Below the pieces are notes generated by a model. The model saw only the letters and a list, made by a program, of their open reading frames with translations, searched no databases and had not been told where the DNA came from. A stretch of 64,000 nt of DNA from Leucoraja ocellata (Eukaryota), in NCBI GenBank assembly GCA_036785375.1, contig JAWMAR010000023.1, positions 12,648,001-12,712,000 of the forward strand. Direction: 5' to 3'. Positions within the stretch are counted from its first letter, which is position 1. The number at the start of each line of letters is the position of its first letter. Of the stretch, positions 25,176-36,716 are shown one piece after another. The translations under genes and the position numbers were made by a program.

Positions 25176-25372
25176 TGTCTAACTTTGGAAGGTTTATCTG
25201 GTCAGTCGGCAGCCAAAGAGGGAGAAATAGAGTGAGGTCAATGGGGTTTTGAAGATATTACGAGCAGCTTTAACTCAGATGCAGTGCTAGGGAAAAGTAA
25301 ACCAAGAGGGAGAGGTGTGTGTCATTAGTGGAAGAGTTTGCAACACTCGACATATCGTTTACCCGAGGACAT

Positions 25373-25387
25373 GGCGCCATCTGTTGA
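25373..25387 (-). promoter_or_regulatory. CTCF-like motif
   Basis: Reverse complement TCAACAGATGGCGCC resembles the CTCF core CCASYAGRKGGCRS. Confidence 0.35.
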
Positions 25388-25544
25388 AGAATTTCAACCA
25401 GTAACCGCTACCTGTTACACATCCAGTGGAAATCCAGTGCTCAATGCCAGCATTTCCCAATGTCTGAGCCGTCTGTGACAACATGAAGCATATTGAGAAT
25501 AGTTTCAATATTTGCTATTGAACTACTCAATCAAACCTAGTGTT

Positions 25545-26040
25545 TAAGAAAGAACTGCAGATGCTGGAAATATTGAAGGTAGACAAAAATGCTGGAGAAA
25601 CTCAGTGGGTGGGGCAGCATCTATGGAGTGAAGGAATAGGTGACGTTTCGGGTCGAGACCCTTCTTCAGACTGATGTGGGGTGGGGGGGACGAGAAGAAG
25701 AAAAGAAGAGGCAGTGGGCTGTGGGAGAGCTGGGGAGGGGAAAGAGGGAGAAAGCAGGGACTACCTGAAATTGGAGAAGTCAATGTTCATACCGCTGGGG
25801 TGTAAACTACCCAAGCGAAATATGAGGTGCTGCTCCTCCAATTTGCTCTGGGACTCACTCTGGCCATGGAGGAGGCCCAGGACAGAATGGTTGGATTTGG
25901 AATGGGAAGGGGAGTTGAAGTGCTGAGCCACCAGGAGATCAGGTTGGTTATTGTGAACCGAGCGGAGGTGTTGGGCGAAGCGATCGCCAAGCCTACGCTT
26001 GGTCTCACCGATGTAGAGCAGCTGACACCTAGAGCAGCGG
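25545..26040 (-). mobile_element. Penelope-like element 3' part: GIY-YIG endonuclease end, purine/pyrimidine tract, hammerhead, tail
   Basis: IRCSRCQLLYIGETKRRLGDRFAQHLRSV...VAQHFNSPSH...EEQHLIFRLGSLHPSGMN is a PLE GIY-YIG domain. Confidence 0.92.
25642..25669 (-). ncRNA. Minimal type I hammerhead ribozyme motif in the Penelope terminal repeat
   Basis: Reverse complement CTGAAGA A GGGT-CTCG-ACCC GAAACGTC, about 90 nt downstream of the GIY-YIG stop. Confidence 0.7.
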
Positions 26041-26744
26041 ATTCCTCGATCACCTTTGATTTTTCCATCTCTCACATTGAGTCCTATTCATCTGTGGTAT
26101 GGGTGCTAATACATGTCTTTTAGGCTATTTGAGATTTTAGAAAATATTCTGATAAACCTAATAACTATTAGATTTGAGATGTGTGAGTCAGGGAGTTGTT
26201 GTCATGAAGCATGGTTTATCTTCAGCTAGTGTTAAAGATGTATTAATGTTATGGCTTTAGTTCACTAACCAGATAGTTGACGTATTTATACATCAGACTG
26301 AAGAGCTGTAACTAACTTTAGAATGTGTTACCTGTATCTGTATATCTCTGATTGAGGACTGATCCCTGGGTGATCTGTTAAACCACTGTCTTCCTCACAG
26401 GAGCTGCTTCTTGGTGCATCATTCCAATCTATCTGGTGTATGCAACTCCCCTGCAATGGACCGCCAATGACCCGCTGCTAAAGCTGCAGTGTGTCAGAAA
26501 GGAAAGGCAACTCTGTGTATGTGTCAATTACCTGAACACATCATTCAGATCAGCAGTTAATCTCAATAGCAATTTAAAAGACCATTAAATGGTCAACCAT
26601 CAGAAACAATTAAATTAAGATTCCAATGTTATTATATATCACAGCAGGTACTGTGGGCAGCTCATAGCAGAGCTGGATAATTCATGTACATCTTTGTACC
26701 TTGCTGTACCTTAGGTAACACACGTACACAAGTACCTTGAGCAA

Positions 26745-27005
26745 AGAGCAGTTTCTTCCCAGCTGTTATCAGGCAACTGAAACATCCTATCCCCAAGTAG
26801 AGGGTGGTCCTGAGCTTCCATTCATCTCATCTCTATCTTTCATCGGACTTTACCTTGCACTAAACGTTATTCCCGTTATCCTGTATCTGTACACTGTGGA
26901 CGGCTCGATTGTAATCATGTATAGTCTTTCCACTGACTGGTTAGCACATAACAAAGGCTTTTCACTGTACCTGAGTGCACGTGACAATAAACTCAACTAA
27001 ACTAG
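26745..27005 (+). mobile_element. Rex1/Babar-like LINE 3' end
   Basis: 'cagtttcttcccagctgttatcaggcaactgaa...cacgtgacaataaact'. Confidence 0.8.
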
Positions 27006-27664
27006 GTAAGCAATGGCTTGGTTGTGTGTGTGTGGGGGAGTGTACTTTGCTGGTCTCAGCAGTGGCTGGGATTGCTGTAGGAAAGGTAGAAATCACTCTT
27101 TCTGAAGAGGTGTTAGTCAAATGAGGTCAAAAATCACACCTCGATAGAAGTAAGACCCAATGGCACATGGTGGAACTCAGTGCGTGTTGTTCCTACTTTC
27201 CTGGCACCCAACATCACAAAGTTAACAATTTAGTTTCCTCTCTGCACAAAGCTGGCCCAACATCCATATTCACGGGGTCTGGTTTTTTTTGACATAGCGA
27301 CAGAGAAGGTTTTAAAGGCGCCTTGGAGGTTGTAAACGTAAGGTACGCATTGATGAAGAGAGTTGAAGAGCTCTGTGATACGGCAAGGCAAGTTGAGGAG
27401 GAACTCAATGGGAGATAGATGGCCGTTGGACACAAGAACGTTGTTATTTAGTGGTCGAACAGCTGGACAAACATCTCGAGACAGGACCATCGATGCTGAG
27501 ACGTGATTTAAAATCCAACCAATGCGGATCATCACAGCTGTTCTGACTGCAGGAAATGGACAAAATCAGAGAAGTTGAAAGTTGATATAACAATGTTGGA
27601 AATTAGTATAATTGATCACTGTAAAATTGTCCAGTAGAGTGGGCGGGGTGAGTGGAGGCTGGGG

Positions 27665-27950
27665 CCTGGATCAGCGGAAACAGGCCCTTCAGCCCACCGA
27701 GTCTGCCCCAACCAGCAATCCCCGCACACTAACACTATCCTACACACACACACACTAGGGACAATTTACACTTATACCAAGAATACAAACCAAAACCAAT
27801 TAGTCTACAAACCTGTACGTCTTTGGAGTGCGGGAGGAAACCGAAGATCCCGGAAAAAACCCACGCAGGTCACGGGGAGAACGTGCAAAGTCCGTACAGA
27901 CAGCGCCCGTAGTCAGGATCGAACCTGGGTCTCTGGCGCTGTGAGGCAGA
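27665..27950 (-). mobile_element. HE1-like V-SINE
   Basis: Reverse-complement V-domain and B box. Confidence 0.88.
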
Positions 27951-27968
27951 GAGCATGATGCCAAACCT

Positions 27969-28226
27969 AAAACGTCACCTATCCATGTTCTCCACAGATG
28001 CTGCCTGACCCGCTGAGTTACTCCAGCACTCTGTGAAACGTCACCTATCCATGTTCTCCACAGATGCTGCCTGACCCACTGAGTTACTCCAGCACTCTGT
28101 GAAACGTCACCTATCCATGTTCTCCACAGATGCTGCCTGACCCGCTGAGTTACTCCAGCACTCTGTGAAACGTCACCTATCCATGTTCTCCACAGATGCT
28201 GCCTGACCCGCTGAGTTACTCCAGCA
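27969..28226 (+). repeat. 66-bp tandem array (~4 units)
   Basis: Near-identical units directly abutting the SINE head. Confidence 0.92.
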
Positions 28227-28702
28227 CTTTTTAAGGAAATTAAAGTCACTCTGTCTTTTACACCATTCAAGAATCTGCTCCAAATCTGTTCATCTCTCTG
28301 TGATATCTGTTCCGTCGATCTCCCACTGCCTTTATCCAAACATAACAGATTTTTCTTTCCATGGATGGCGTCTGTCCGACTGAGCTTCTCCAGCATTTTA
28401 TTTTTGATTTTTCAGATTGCTAGAATCTGTCGTTTTTTTAATATCTTCCACTTGCCTGGACACTTGAGTCGGGCCCCTGATGGGAGCAGCATGGTGCATC
28501 TTTATATGTGTTTGTGGACTATTATTCTTTCATTAAAGCACGTGACTTATGCTAGTGTTATGTTGCAACAAAGAACATTTACAGATTATTATGATTTATG
28601 GACCATTTGCCCACCTTCCTGTCAGGAATATTCTGCAGACAGACACAAAGTGCTGGAGCAACTCAGCGGGTCAGGCAGCATCTCTGGAGAGAAGGAATGG
28701 GT

Positions 28703-28730
28703 GACGTTTCGGGTCGAGACCCTTCTTCAG
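28703..28730 (-). ncRNA. Minimal hammerhead motif (intact core) in a head-to-head Penelope terminal pair (28643-28805)
   Basis: Reverse complement CTGAAGA A GGGT-CTCG-ACCC GAAACGTC. Confidence 0.65.
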
Positions 28731-29565
28731 ACATCTCGACCAGAAAAGGCCACCTATTCCTTCTCTCCAGTTTTTCGGTTTAAACCAGCATCTGCAGTTC
28801 CTTCCTCAACAGGAATATTCCGCAGCTACACATGCAATAGTCGCGACTGTCTGCTCAGCTACTTTCCCGCTGTTTGTCTTTGCAAAGAGGCAGTCACATT
28901 CCTACAAACTTAAACACAGTGAGTTTCTCAGCCCGTGGTCCCAGGCAAAACCGGACAAGGAGTTCCCCAACATCGAGGCACCTGCTGGCAGCACCGGGCA
29001 AGGAGGATATGTGCAGCGCTCCGTATACTGGCATGGTCCATGGTCCATGGCCCTGGGGTTAGTCAGGACTGCTACACACACACCAACATGGCAGTGTCAG
29101 CATGATCAATTACTCTACAATCTGAGCAACAGCTGGAGCCAAGGAATTGGAGGAATCTCTCTCTTATTTTCTAATCAAGGCTTTACTTAATAAAATAAGC
29201 CCAGAACAAGACAGATATCAACATGATTTAATATTTTCTGTTTCCTGTCACTCGTTACAATTGCGTTCAACGTTGCTGAGTTGTAAATGATGTGGGTGAG
29301 GAATCTGAAGTAAATATGCATAGTCATACATGGAGAGTTCTCTGGTTGGACATGTCTCGAATCTTCCAATGATCCATGCAGGTCAGGAAGGAGCTGATTG
29401 ACAGCTACGATTAGCCCTGGTCTTACATCTACCTGTGCTGGGTCTGGAAAGGAGAATGTCCAAATGCTACGGACCATTTGGTGACCATTCGGCTCAAGAG
29501 GTCCAGTGCTCGTACCCCAAATCAACTTACTCTCTTCCAGGACCCAATACATCACCTGTGCATTC

Positions 29566-29671
29566 CCTCCACAGATGCTGCCTGACCCGCTGAGTTACTC
29601 CAGCACTCTGTGAAACGTCACCTATCCATGTTCTCCACAGATGCTGCCTGACCCGCTGAGTTACTCCAGCA
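29566..29671 (+). repeat. 66-bp array (~1.6 units)
   Basis: Same unit and junction 'cactctgtgaaacgtc'. Confidence 0.85.
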
Positions 29672-29736
29672 CTTTACTCCAGCACTCCAGCTGCTGTTCC
29701 GTGTGTCTTCCTTCCTCCAATCTCCAATTGTAACAG

Positions 29737-29985
29737 GCAGCGAGTGGAGCTGCTACCTCACAGCGCCAGAGACCCAGCTTTGACCCTGACTATGGGTGTT
29801 GTCTGTGTGGAGTTTGCAGGTTCTCCCTGCGACCAGGTGGGTTTCCTTCAGGTGCTCCGGTTTCCTTCCACATCCCAGAGACGTGCGGGTTTGTTGGTTA
29901 ATTGGCCTCTGTAAATTGTCTCTAGTGTGTAGTGAGTGGATGAGGAAATGGGATAATGTAGATCTAGTGAACGTGTGATCGATGA
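29737..29985 (+). mobile_element. HE1-like V-SINE
   Basis: V-domain match. Confidence 0.8.
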
Positions 29986-29992
29986 GCAGGAG

Positions 29993-30370
29993 AGGATGAG
30001 ACGTGATCTAAAGGTGTACAGAATCATCAGAGGAATAGATCGGGCAAATGCACCAAGTCTCTTGCCCAGAGCAGGGGAATCGAGAATCAGAAGTCATAGG
30101 TTTAAGGTGAAGGGGTAAAGATTTAATAGGAACCTGAAGGGTAACTTATTTTACACAAAGGGTGGTGGGTGTATGGAACGAGCTGCTGGAGGAGGTAGTT
30201 GAGGCTGGGACTATTGTAACGTTTAAGAGACATTTGGATCGGGTAGGTTTGGAGGGATATGGGCCAAACGCAGGTAGGTGGGACTAGTGTAGCTGGGACA
30301 TGTTGGTTGGTGTGGGCAAGTTGGGCTGAAGGGCCTATTTGGACTCTGTATCACTCTGTGACCATGACTC
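29993..30370 (+). mobile_element. CR1-like LINE 3' end (second subfamily)
   Basis: 'ggtttaaggtgaaggggtaaagatttaataggaacctg...gggtgtatggaacgagctgc...gaagggcctattt'. Confidence 0.85.
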
Positions 30371-31934
30371 TATGGATCATCCCAAAATGTTTTTTCCATT
30401 TGAGGGATTCTAATGGCGATCTTTACTATTGGGCAAATCTGTGACTAATGTGCACACAACTTACGCAGGGTTTTACATTTGACTAATTTTGAAGAATCTA
30501 ATTGCTCCACTTATCTTTAATGCACCTATTTTGGAGAGGATTGTGGCCCTACTTACCCCACCCCACCCACCCTGAGCTCTAATAAATGCTGTGTTATGTG
30601 TGGCTATGTGTCAGAGTTTACACACTGCTGCCTCATGACCCACCTTGAGGTGGGTGTTTGCAGGAGAGGTGGAGTTTATTTCACTTGTGATGAACCAGCT
30701 CCCTCCAGCACATGCTGCCAAATACTGACATCATGCTGACCCAGCCAGACACTTTATTGAAGTGTGAGCAGGTCATTTCCTGCCTGTTTGATGTTCTGCC
30801 GATCTCCAGGGAACCTTTCCTGCTCCGCCTGTTCTCAGGCCCATAACAGACCCTCCCTTGATGCCATTATCCATTCCTCTGTGATTCAGGGGCGAGGTTG
30901 CAGCAGCCTGGGGTGTTGGACACAGATAAAGATTCTTATCAGGAAGTATGGGGTGTGGTGTTCATCTCAGCTGTTCCCTTTTGCACGTTTAGTCCAAAAT
31001 ATATGAATTTGTAGGGTTTTACATAAATTTCTCTTCCTGAACACATTAATATTAAGTCACGTGCAAAGCTATAGAGATTGTAGATTGGCTCAATATCCAT
31101 TGATAGACCTGGAAGTCAACCCTGCTAATCACGACTCATTTTCCCAGCTAGTGACTCCCGTTGGGAACTAAACCTTTTTGACTTTGCCCAACGTCACGTT
31201 GTGTAATGTTGTCGTTTTGGCTCGAGGCTGATAACTTTCATGTCTTCTTGTTATCCTTGTGTTTTATGGGCTGGGAGACGTTGATGCATCTGCTTTGGTT
31301 TTGGATCCAATGTCAAGTTTTCGCTGCCCAGGGCTTTAGGATACAAATGATTTGATGCACACAAGTGGCTTTGGAAAGCAGTTAAATGTCAGCCACATTG
31401 GCTAGCTTTGGAATTACACATCAGCTAGACAGATGTAGGTCAGGAAAATCAAAACATCTACTTAGGCATAAAATCAAACTTCATGCAGTGACCAATCAAG
31501 CCCAGTTTGAGATGAAATCCTTCTGCACCACCCAATCAAACATTCCAAAATCAGGGATTGCTGTGGTTAGTTTACATAATAAGGTGCCTGTACCTGACGG
31601 TACATGAAGAGCAACATTAAACATGATGGACTATGGTGCCATTTTGTACGTGGTTTGTTTGCAATGCCCGGCCCATGTGACATATCCCATCCGTGACCTC
31701 CACCTTACTGCATGACATAGATGGGACTTTGTGTCAGACCATGCAAAGTGTTTCTGACCTGATGAAGAGTCTCAACCATCCTGCCACCCCCTCAGATGTT
31801 GTCCGTCAAGCTGATTCCCTCCAGCTATTTGTTTTTTGCTCCAGATTACAGCATGTGCAGACTCTTGCCATAGAGTCATAGAACAGGCCAAATGGTGGAA
31901 ATGATCAGCTGTTTAGGCAGTATCTGAGATAATA

Positions 31935-32258
31935 AGATCATGTGATAGGAGTAGAATGAGGCCATTCAGCCCATCAAGTCTACTCCGCCACTCAATCATG
32001 GCTGATCTATCTCTTCCTCCTAACCCCATTCCCCTGACATCTGTACTAATCAAGAATCTATCTATCTCTGCCTTAACAATACTCATTGACTTGGCCTCCG
32101 CAGCCTTCTGTGGCAAAGAATTCTGACGAAAGAAATTTCTCTTCATTTCCTTCCTAAAAGAACGTCCTTTTATTCTGAGGCTGTGACCTCTAGTCCTAGA
32201 CTCTCCCACTAGTGGAAACATCCTCTCCACATCCACTCTATCCAAGCCTTTCACTATT
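31935..32258 (-). mobile_element. CR1-like LINE 3' end
   Basis: KGLDRVDVERMFPLVGESRTRGHSLRIKGRSFRKEMKRNFF. Confidence 0.9.
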
Positions 32259-32744
32259 TATGGAGATAGATACAGTTAACACCAAGCCAGTGACATGTCA
32301 TCAGAGCCTTCCATGCATTGTAATGAGAGGTCAGAGCTCAAATGTTAACTCAGTTTCTCTCTCCAAAGGTGCTATCTGACCTGTGTGTATATACACAGCA
32401 TTTTGTGATTTTATTTAAGATTTACAAACCTGCAGCTTTTTTTGTCATTCAGCAAGATTAAAATCAATTTCATCTTCATATTATTTTTACAGAATGACTC
32501 TTTAATTGTCATGACACAGCATGCAAAATGTTTTACAGTGTAGAGTGTCCTATTAAACTTGAAACATGATGATACCTTCACTTGGGTAACACAGAGCACG
32601 TCATGAAGATATATTGTCCATTAGCATTAGTTGCTGCTGGCAGAGCAAGAAGTTGTAGCAGTGATGGAGTTAATGTTACAGTAATAACTGCAATAAAAAG
32701 CATTAGCTTTATTTCTGTGATAGCTCCCTTGACCTACTCAAATA

Positions 32745-32968
32745 CATTTTCACCCAGAGAGTTGTGAATCTGTGGAATTCTCTGCCGCAGAAAGCAGTGG
32801 AGGCCAATTCACTGGATGTTTTCAAGAGAGAGTTAGATTTAGCTCTTAGGGCTAATGGAATCAAGGGATATGGGGGAAAAGCAGGAACGGGGTACTGATT
32901 TTGGATGATCAGCCATGATCATATTGAATGGCCTACTGCACCTATTTTCTATGTTTCTATGTTTCTAA
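32745..32968 (+). mobile_element. CR1/HER1-like LINE 3' end with (tctatgtt)n tail
   Basis: 'gagagttgtgaatctgtggaattctctgcc...ttctatgtttctatgtttcta'. Confidence 0.85.
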
Positions 32969-33399
32969 TCACTTAATTAAAAATATTTAAATCTGGCTGC
33001 TCTTTTGCCATAGTCTTCCATCCATGCTCTATCTTACTTTAAGCTTAATTAGTTATTCTGCCTCGTCTAAAAAATACTGCAGTTTTTATTTATCTTAGCT
33101 CTCCTACTTCCCAATGCAGTCGATCTTGGAAGCGAGACCAAGACATTTTTGTAGATTTCCTTTGGCTGACACTGTGCTTTAAAGGTTGTTTTTGGAGTCA
33201 TCTGAACGGTCTGTTTGGGATTTGACTGCGTTCCATCACAAGTGCATAAAAACATCCATCAATGAATAAATTGGCCAGTGATGCCTGGTGTACAGACCGG
33301 TCACTGACCACTGGTCACTGCTCATGTCCAGAGTGCCCATCTCATTAGAGGTCTCCGCAGTGTGGCTGTAACACAGCACTGCGCCTGTTAAATGTCCCT

Positions 33400-33722
33400 G
33401 CACACATGCACACATGCACACATGCACACTTGCTGCACACATGCACACATGCACACGTGCACACTTGCTGCACACTTGCTGCCCCTCCCTGAACAGTGCC
33501 ACAGGTGACCGCTGCTGACTGCTGCTGACCTCTGCTGACCACTGGTGACCTCTGGTGACCTCTGGTGACCTCTGGTGACCGCAAGTGACCACTGATGACC
33601 ACTGGTGACCTCTGATGACCACTGGTGACCACTGGTGACCGCTGGTGACTGCTGGTGACCACTGGTGACCGCTGGTGACTGCTGGTGACCACTGGTGACC
33701 ACTGGTGACTTCGTTGGTCACC
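33400..33722. repeat. (cacacatg)n followed by a 10-bp minisatellite (ctggtgaccW), about 22 units
   Basis: Direct inspection. Confidence 0.92.
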
Positions 33723-34929
33723 ATCATCTAGATAAATAAACATTGATGATCCACGAGATGTGCGGGTGTTGAGGTAGCTGGGCTCTGAGCTCATGTAACA
33801 CGAGTGACTGCCTTCATTCCGACCTCTGTAATACATTCCACTCTCACTTATGCCACAGGCTCACCTTCCCCTCAATGTGTTGATGTATTATTGCAGATGG
33901 CCTGGCCACAAGGGAGCCTCTGACACAGCTTCCAAAGTTGCCTAATGTAACTGGCTGCTGTGCTGTGCCTGCACACAAACTGTTCACACCACACATCACT
34001 GAGCAAGTATTTCCTCTGATGGGGGAAAATCAAGAACAGAAAGACATTATCTCAAAATGAGAGCCAAACGGTTTGGGATTGAAGTCACTGCAGTAAAATT
34101 CTAAACATGAGAACTACAATGTAAGATTTAAAATCAAATGCAATGTGTTCTCAGTCCAAGAGCTTTCACTGTCGGAATTCCAGACAGTAGCACAGCACAG
34201 TGGGAAGAAATGAATAAAACGCTGGCTTAGACATTGGCTCAGATCAAAACCATTGCTGTCCTTTTACAGGTGAGTGCAACAGGTCCTGACAAACTTTCAC
34301 ATAAGACTGAGGTTATTTTAGTCTCAATGCTCCTCAAAGAGAAAAGACTATCAGATCTTTAATATGGCGCCTAGTTTTGCCTCTTTTACAAACTGTTACA
34401 TGTGGAGTTATAGATTGTAGAACAAATTGTGGGTTGGGTCGAACAGATTCTACTCCGCAGATTGGTCCAAAATCAGAAAACATCAGAAGCAATTTCCACG
34501 CATGATTTTTGGACCCAAAATGGTTTGAGTGAAATAAGTTCCAATCTATCCAGTAGCTTGCAACGGATTCTAAATGTAAATGACCATTGGTGTCTATGAG
34601 TGGTGACGTAGTCATATCCTTGTTCTCACTAGTTAATCTGATTATGCCCCAACAACTGAGGAAGATTCGACCATGGAGCCAAGCTTATCTGTGAAACGTT
34701 TCATCCATTGACAGCCACTACTGCTGTGAAGAGCCGTGACTACTCTGGCTGGTCTCGAGCGGATCGATATCATGGTACTGACTGAGGCTGCCGGCACTAC
34801 AACACAACCAGTAAATCCATCATCTCAGGCTCCTCTAGAAACTAAACCAGCGCTTTGGCAGAGATATGGCCTCCAGTTGCTGCCATGGTAAAGGAGTTGT
34901 ACCTGCAATAGTTGCTGCACTCTACCGCT

Positions 34930-35205
34930 CAGTTTAGTTTAGTTTATTGTCACGTGTGCTGAGACAGTGAAAAGCTGTTGTTGCATGCTGACCAGTCAGT
35001 GGAAAGATAATACATGATTACAATCGAGCCGTTTACAGTGTACAGATACATGATAAAGGGAATAATGTTTAGCGCAAGGTGAAGCCAGTAAGTTCCAATC
35101 AAAGATAGTCCGAGGGTCTCCAATGGGGTAGATAGTAGTTCAGGACTGCTCTCTACTTGGTGAGAGGGCAGCTGAGAAGAAACTGTCCCTGAATCTGGGG
35201 GTGTG
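34930..35205 (-). mobile_element. Rex1/Babar-like LINE 3' end
   Basis: Reverse complement of the tail and 'gaagaaactgtccctgaatctg'. Confidence 0.8.
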
Positions 35206-35367
35206 CAAATTTCTTATCGAGTTTCAGTAACATCGGTTCCTGACAGGACACTCGACAAAGGGACCCGGCCATCTAATTAGATCGGTATTGGACTTCAGAG
35301 AAACTAAACATCACAACAGGTTTATATAGATATAAACGCTCTGTGAGGTACAATGAACTGCGAAAAC

Positions 35368-35775
35368 AGACACAGAGTGCTGGAGTAACTCAGCAGGTCA
35401 GGCAGCATCCGTGGAGAACATGGATAGGTGACGTTTCACAGAGTGCTGGAGTAACTCAGCGGGTGCAGCAGCATCTGTGGAGAACATGGATAGGTGACGT
35501 TTCACAGAGTGCTGGAGTAACTCAGCGGGTGCAGCAGCATCTATGGAGGGAAGGAAATAGGTAACGTTTCGGGCCGAAACCCTTCCGGGTTTCGGCCCGA
35601 AACGTTGCCTATTTCCAGAAGAGTTTCGGCCCGATACGATGCTGGTTCAATATGATGATGGACACAAAGTGCTGGAGTAACTCAGCGGGTCAGGCAGCAT
35701 CTGTGGAGAACATGGATAGGTGACGTTTCACAGAGTGCTGGAGTAACTCAGCAGGTCAGGCAGCATCTGTGGAGG
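35368..35775 (-). repeat. 66-bp array with truncated fold-back cassette (~35530-35635)
   Basis: Units on both sides; inverted arms around 'ccc-ttcc-ggg'. Confidence 0.88.
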
Positions 35776-36084
35776 ATTCTGCATCTAAATCATAAATTGT
35801 GGGGAAGTTGATTATTTTATAAAGGCCTGGATGAAATATTATTGATCATTGCTTCATGCATTTACCATCCACAGCTGGCAGCTGTACTAATGTGAGACCG
35901 AGCCTTTATTATGGTCTGGGAGTTTCCATGGGAATGTTCGATGCCACGGAGACCACGTTCAGTGCGTTCCCATCAAATTCACCGTATCTCAGAAGGATCC
36001 TTCCTTCTGACATTATTATTCCCCGCCCTTCTTTTGATCTGTTTTTGTAACCAGCTCTGGCAACAGTTTGCTATTTGATCGGTG

Positions 36085-36213
36085 TAAGGAGGAACTGCAG
36101 ATGCCGGTTTAAACCGAAGATAGACACAACATGCTGGAGTAACTCAGTGGGACGGGCAGCATCTCTGGAGAGAAGGAACGCGTGTCGTTTTGGGTCAAGA
36201 CCCTTCTTCAGAC
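36085..36213 (-). mobile_element. Solo Penelope terminal fragment, degenerate hammerhead
   Basis: 'aggaactgcagatgc...ggagtaactcag...gacccttcttcagac'. Confidence 0.75.
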
Positions 36214-36351
36214 TCTATACACAGTTCTCCAAATGTGGCCTCACCAATATCAGTTGAACAAGCGTAACATGTATCATCACCGCGAGACACTACTGTTCAG
36301 TGGCTGACGTCACTATAGTCTACATTCGCTCCAATTCATAACTAGTCAGGG

Positions 36352-36716
36352 NNNNNNNNNNNNNNNNNNNNNNNNNNNNNNNNNNNNNNNNNNNNNNNNN
36401 NNNNNNNNNNNNNNNNNNNNNNNNNNNNNNNNNNNNNNNNNNNNNNNNNNNNNNNNNNNNNNNNNNNNNNNNNNNNNNNNNACACANNNNNNNNNNNNNN
36501 NNNNNNNNNNNNNNNNNNNNNNNNNNNNNNNNNNNNNNNNNNNNNNNNNNNNNNNNNNNNNNNNNNNNNNNNNNNNNNNNNNNNNNNNNNNNNNNNNNNN
36601 NNNNNNNNNNNNNNNNNNNNNNNNNNNNNNNNNNNNNNNNNNNNNNNNNNNNNNNNNNNNNNNNNNNNNNNNNNNNNNNNNNNNNNNNNNNNNNNNNNNN
36701 NNNNNNNNNNNNNNNN
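36352..36716. other. Assembly gap
   Basis: Run of N (5 called bases inside). Confidence 1.

Noticed and set aside
27800-28396. ORFs with a 22-aa repeat (AGVTQRVRQHLWRTWIGDVSQS)
   Set aside because: By-product of a stop-free 66-bp unit read antisense to the element; there is no gene structure.
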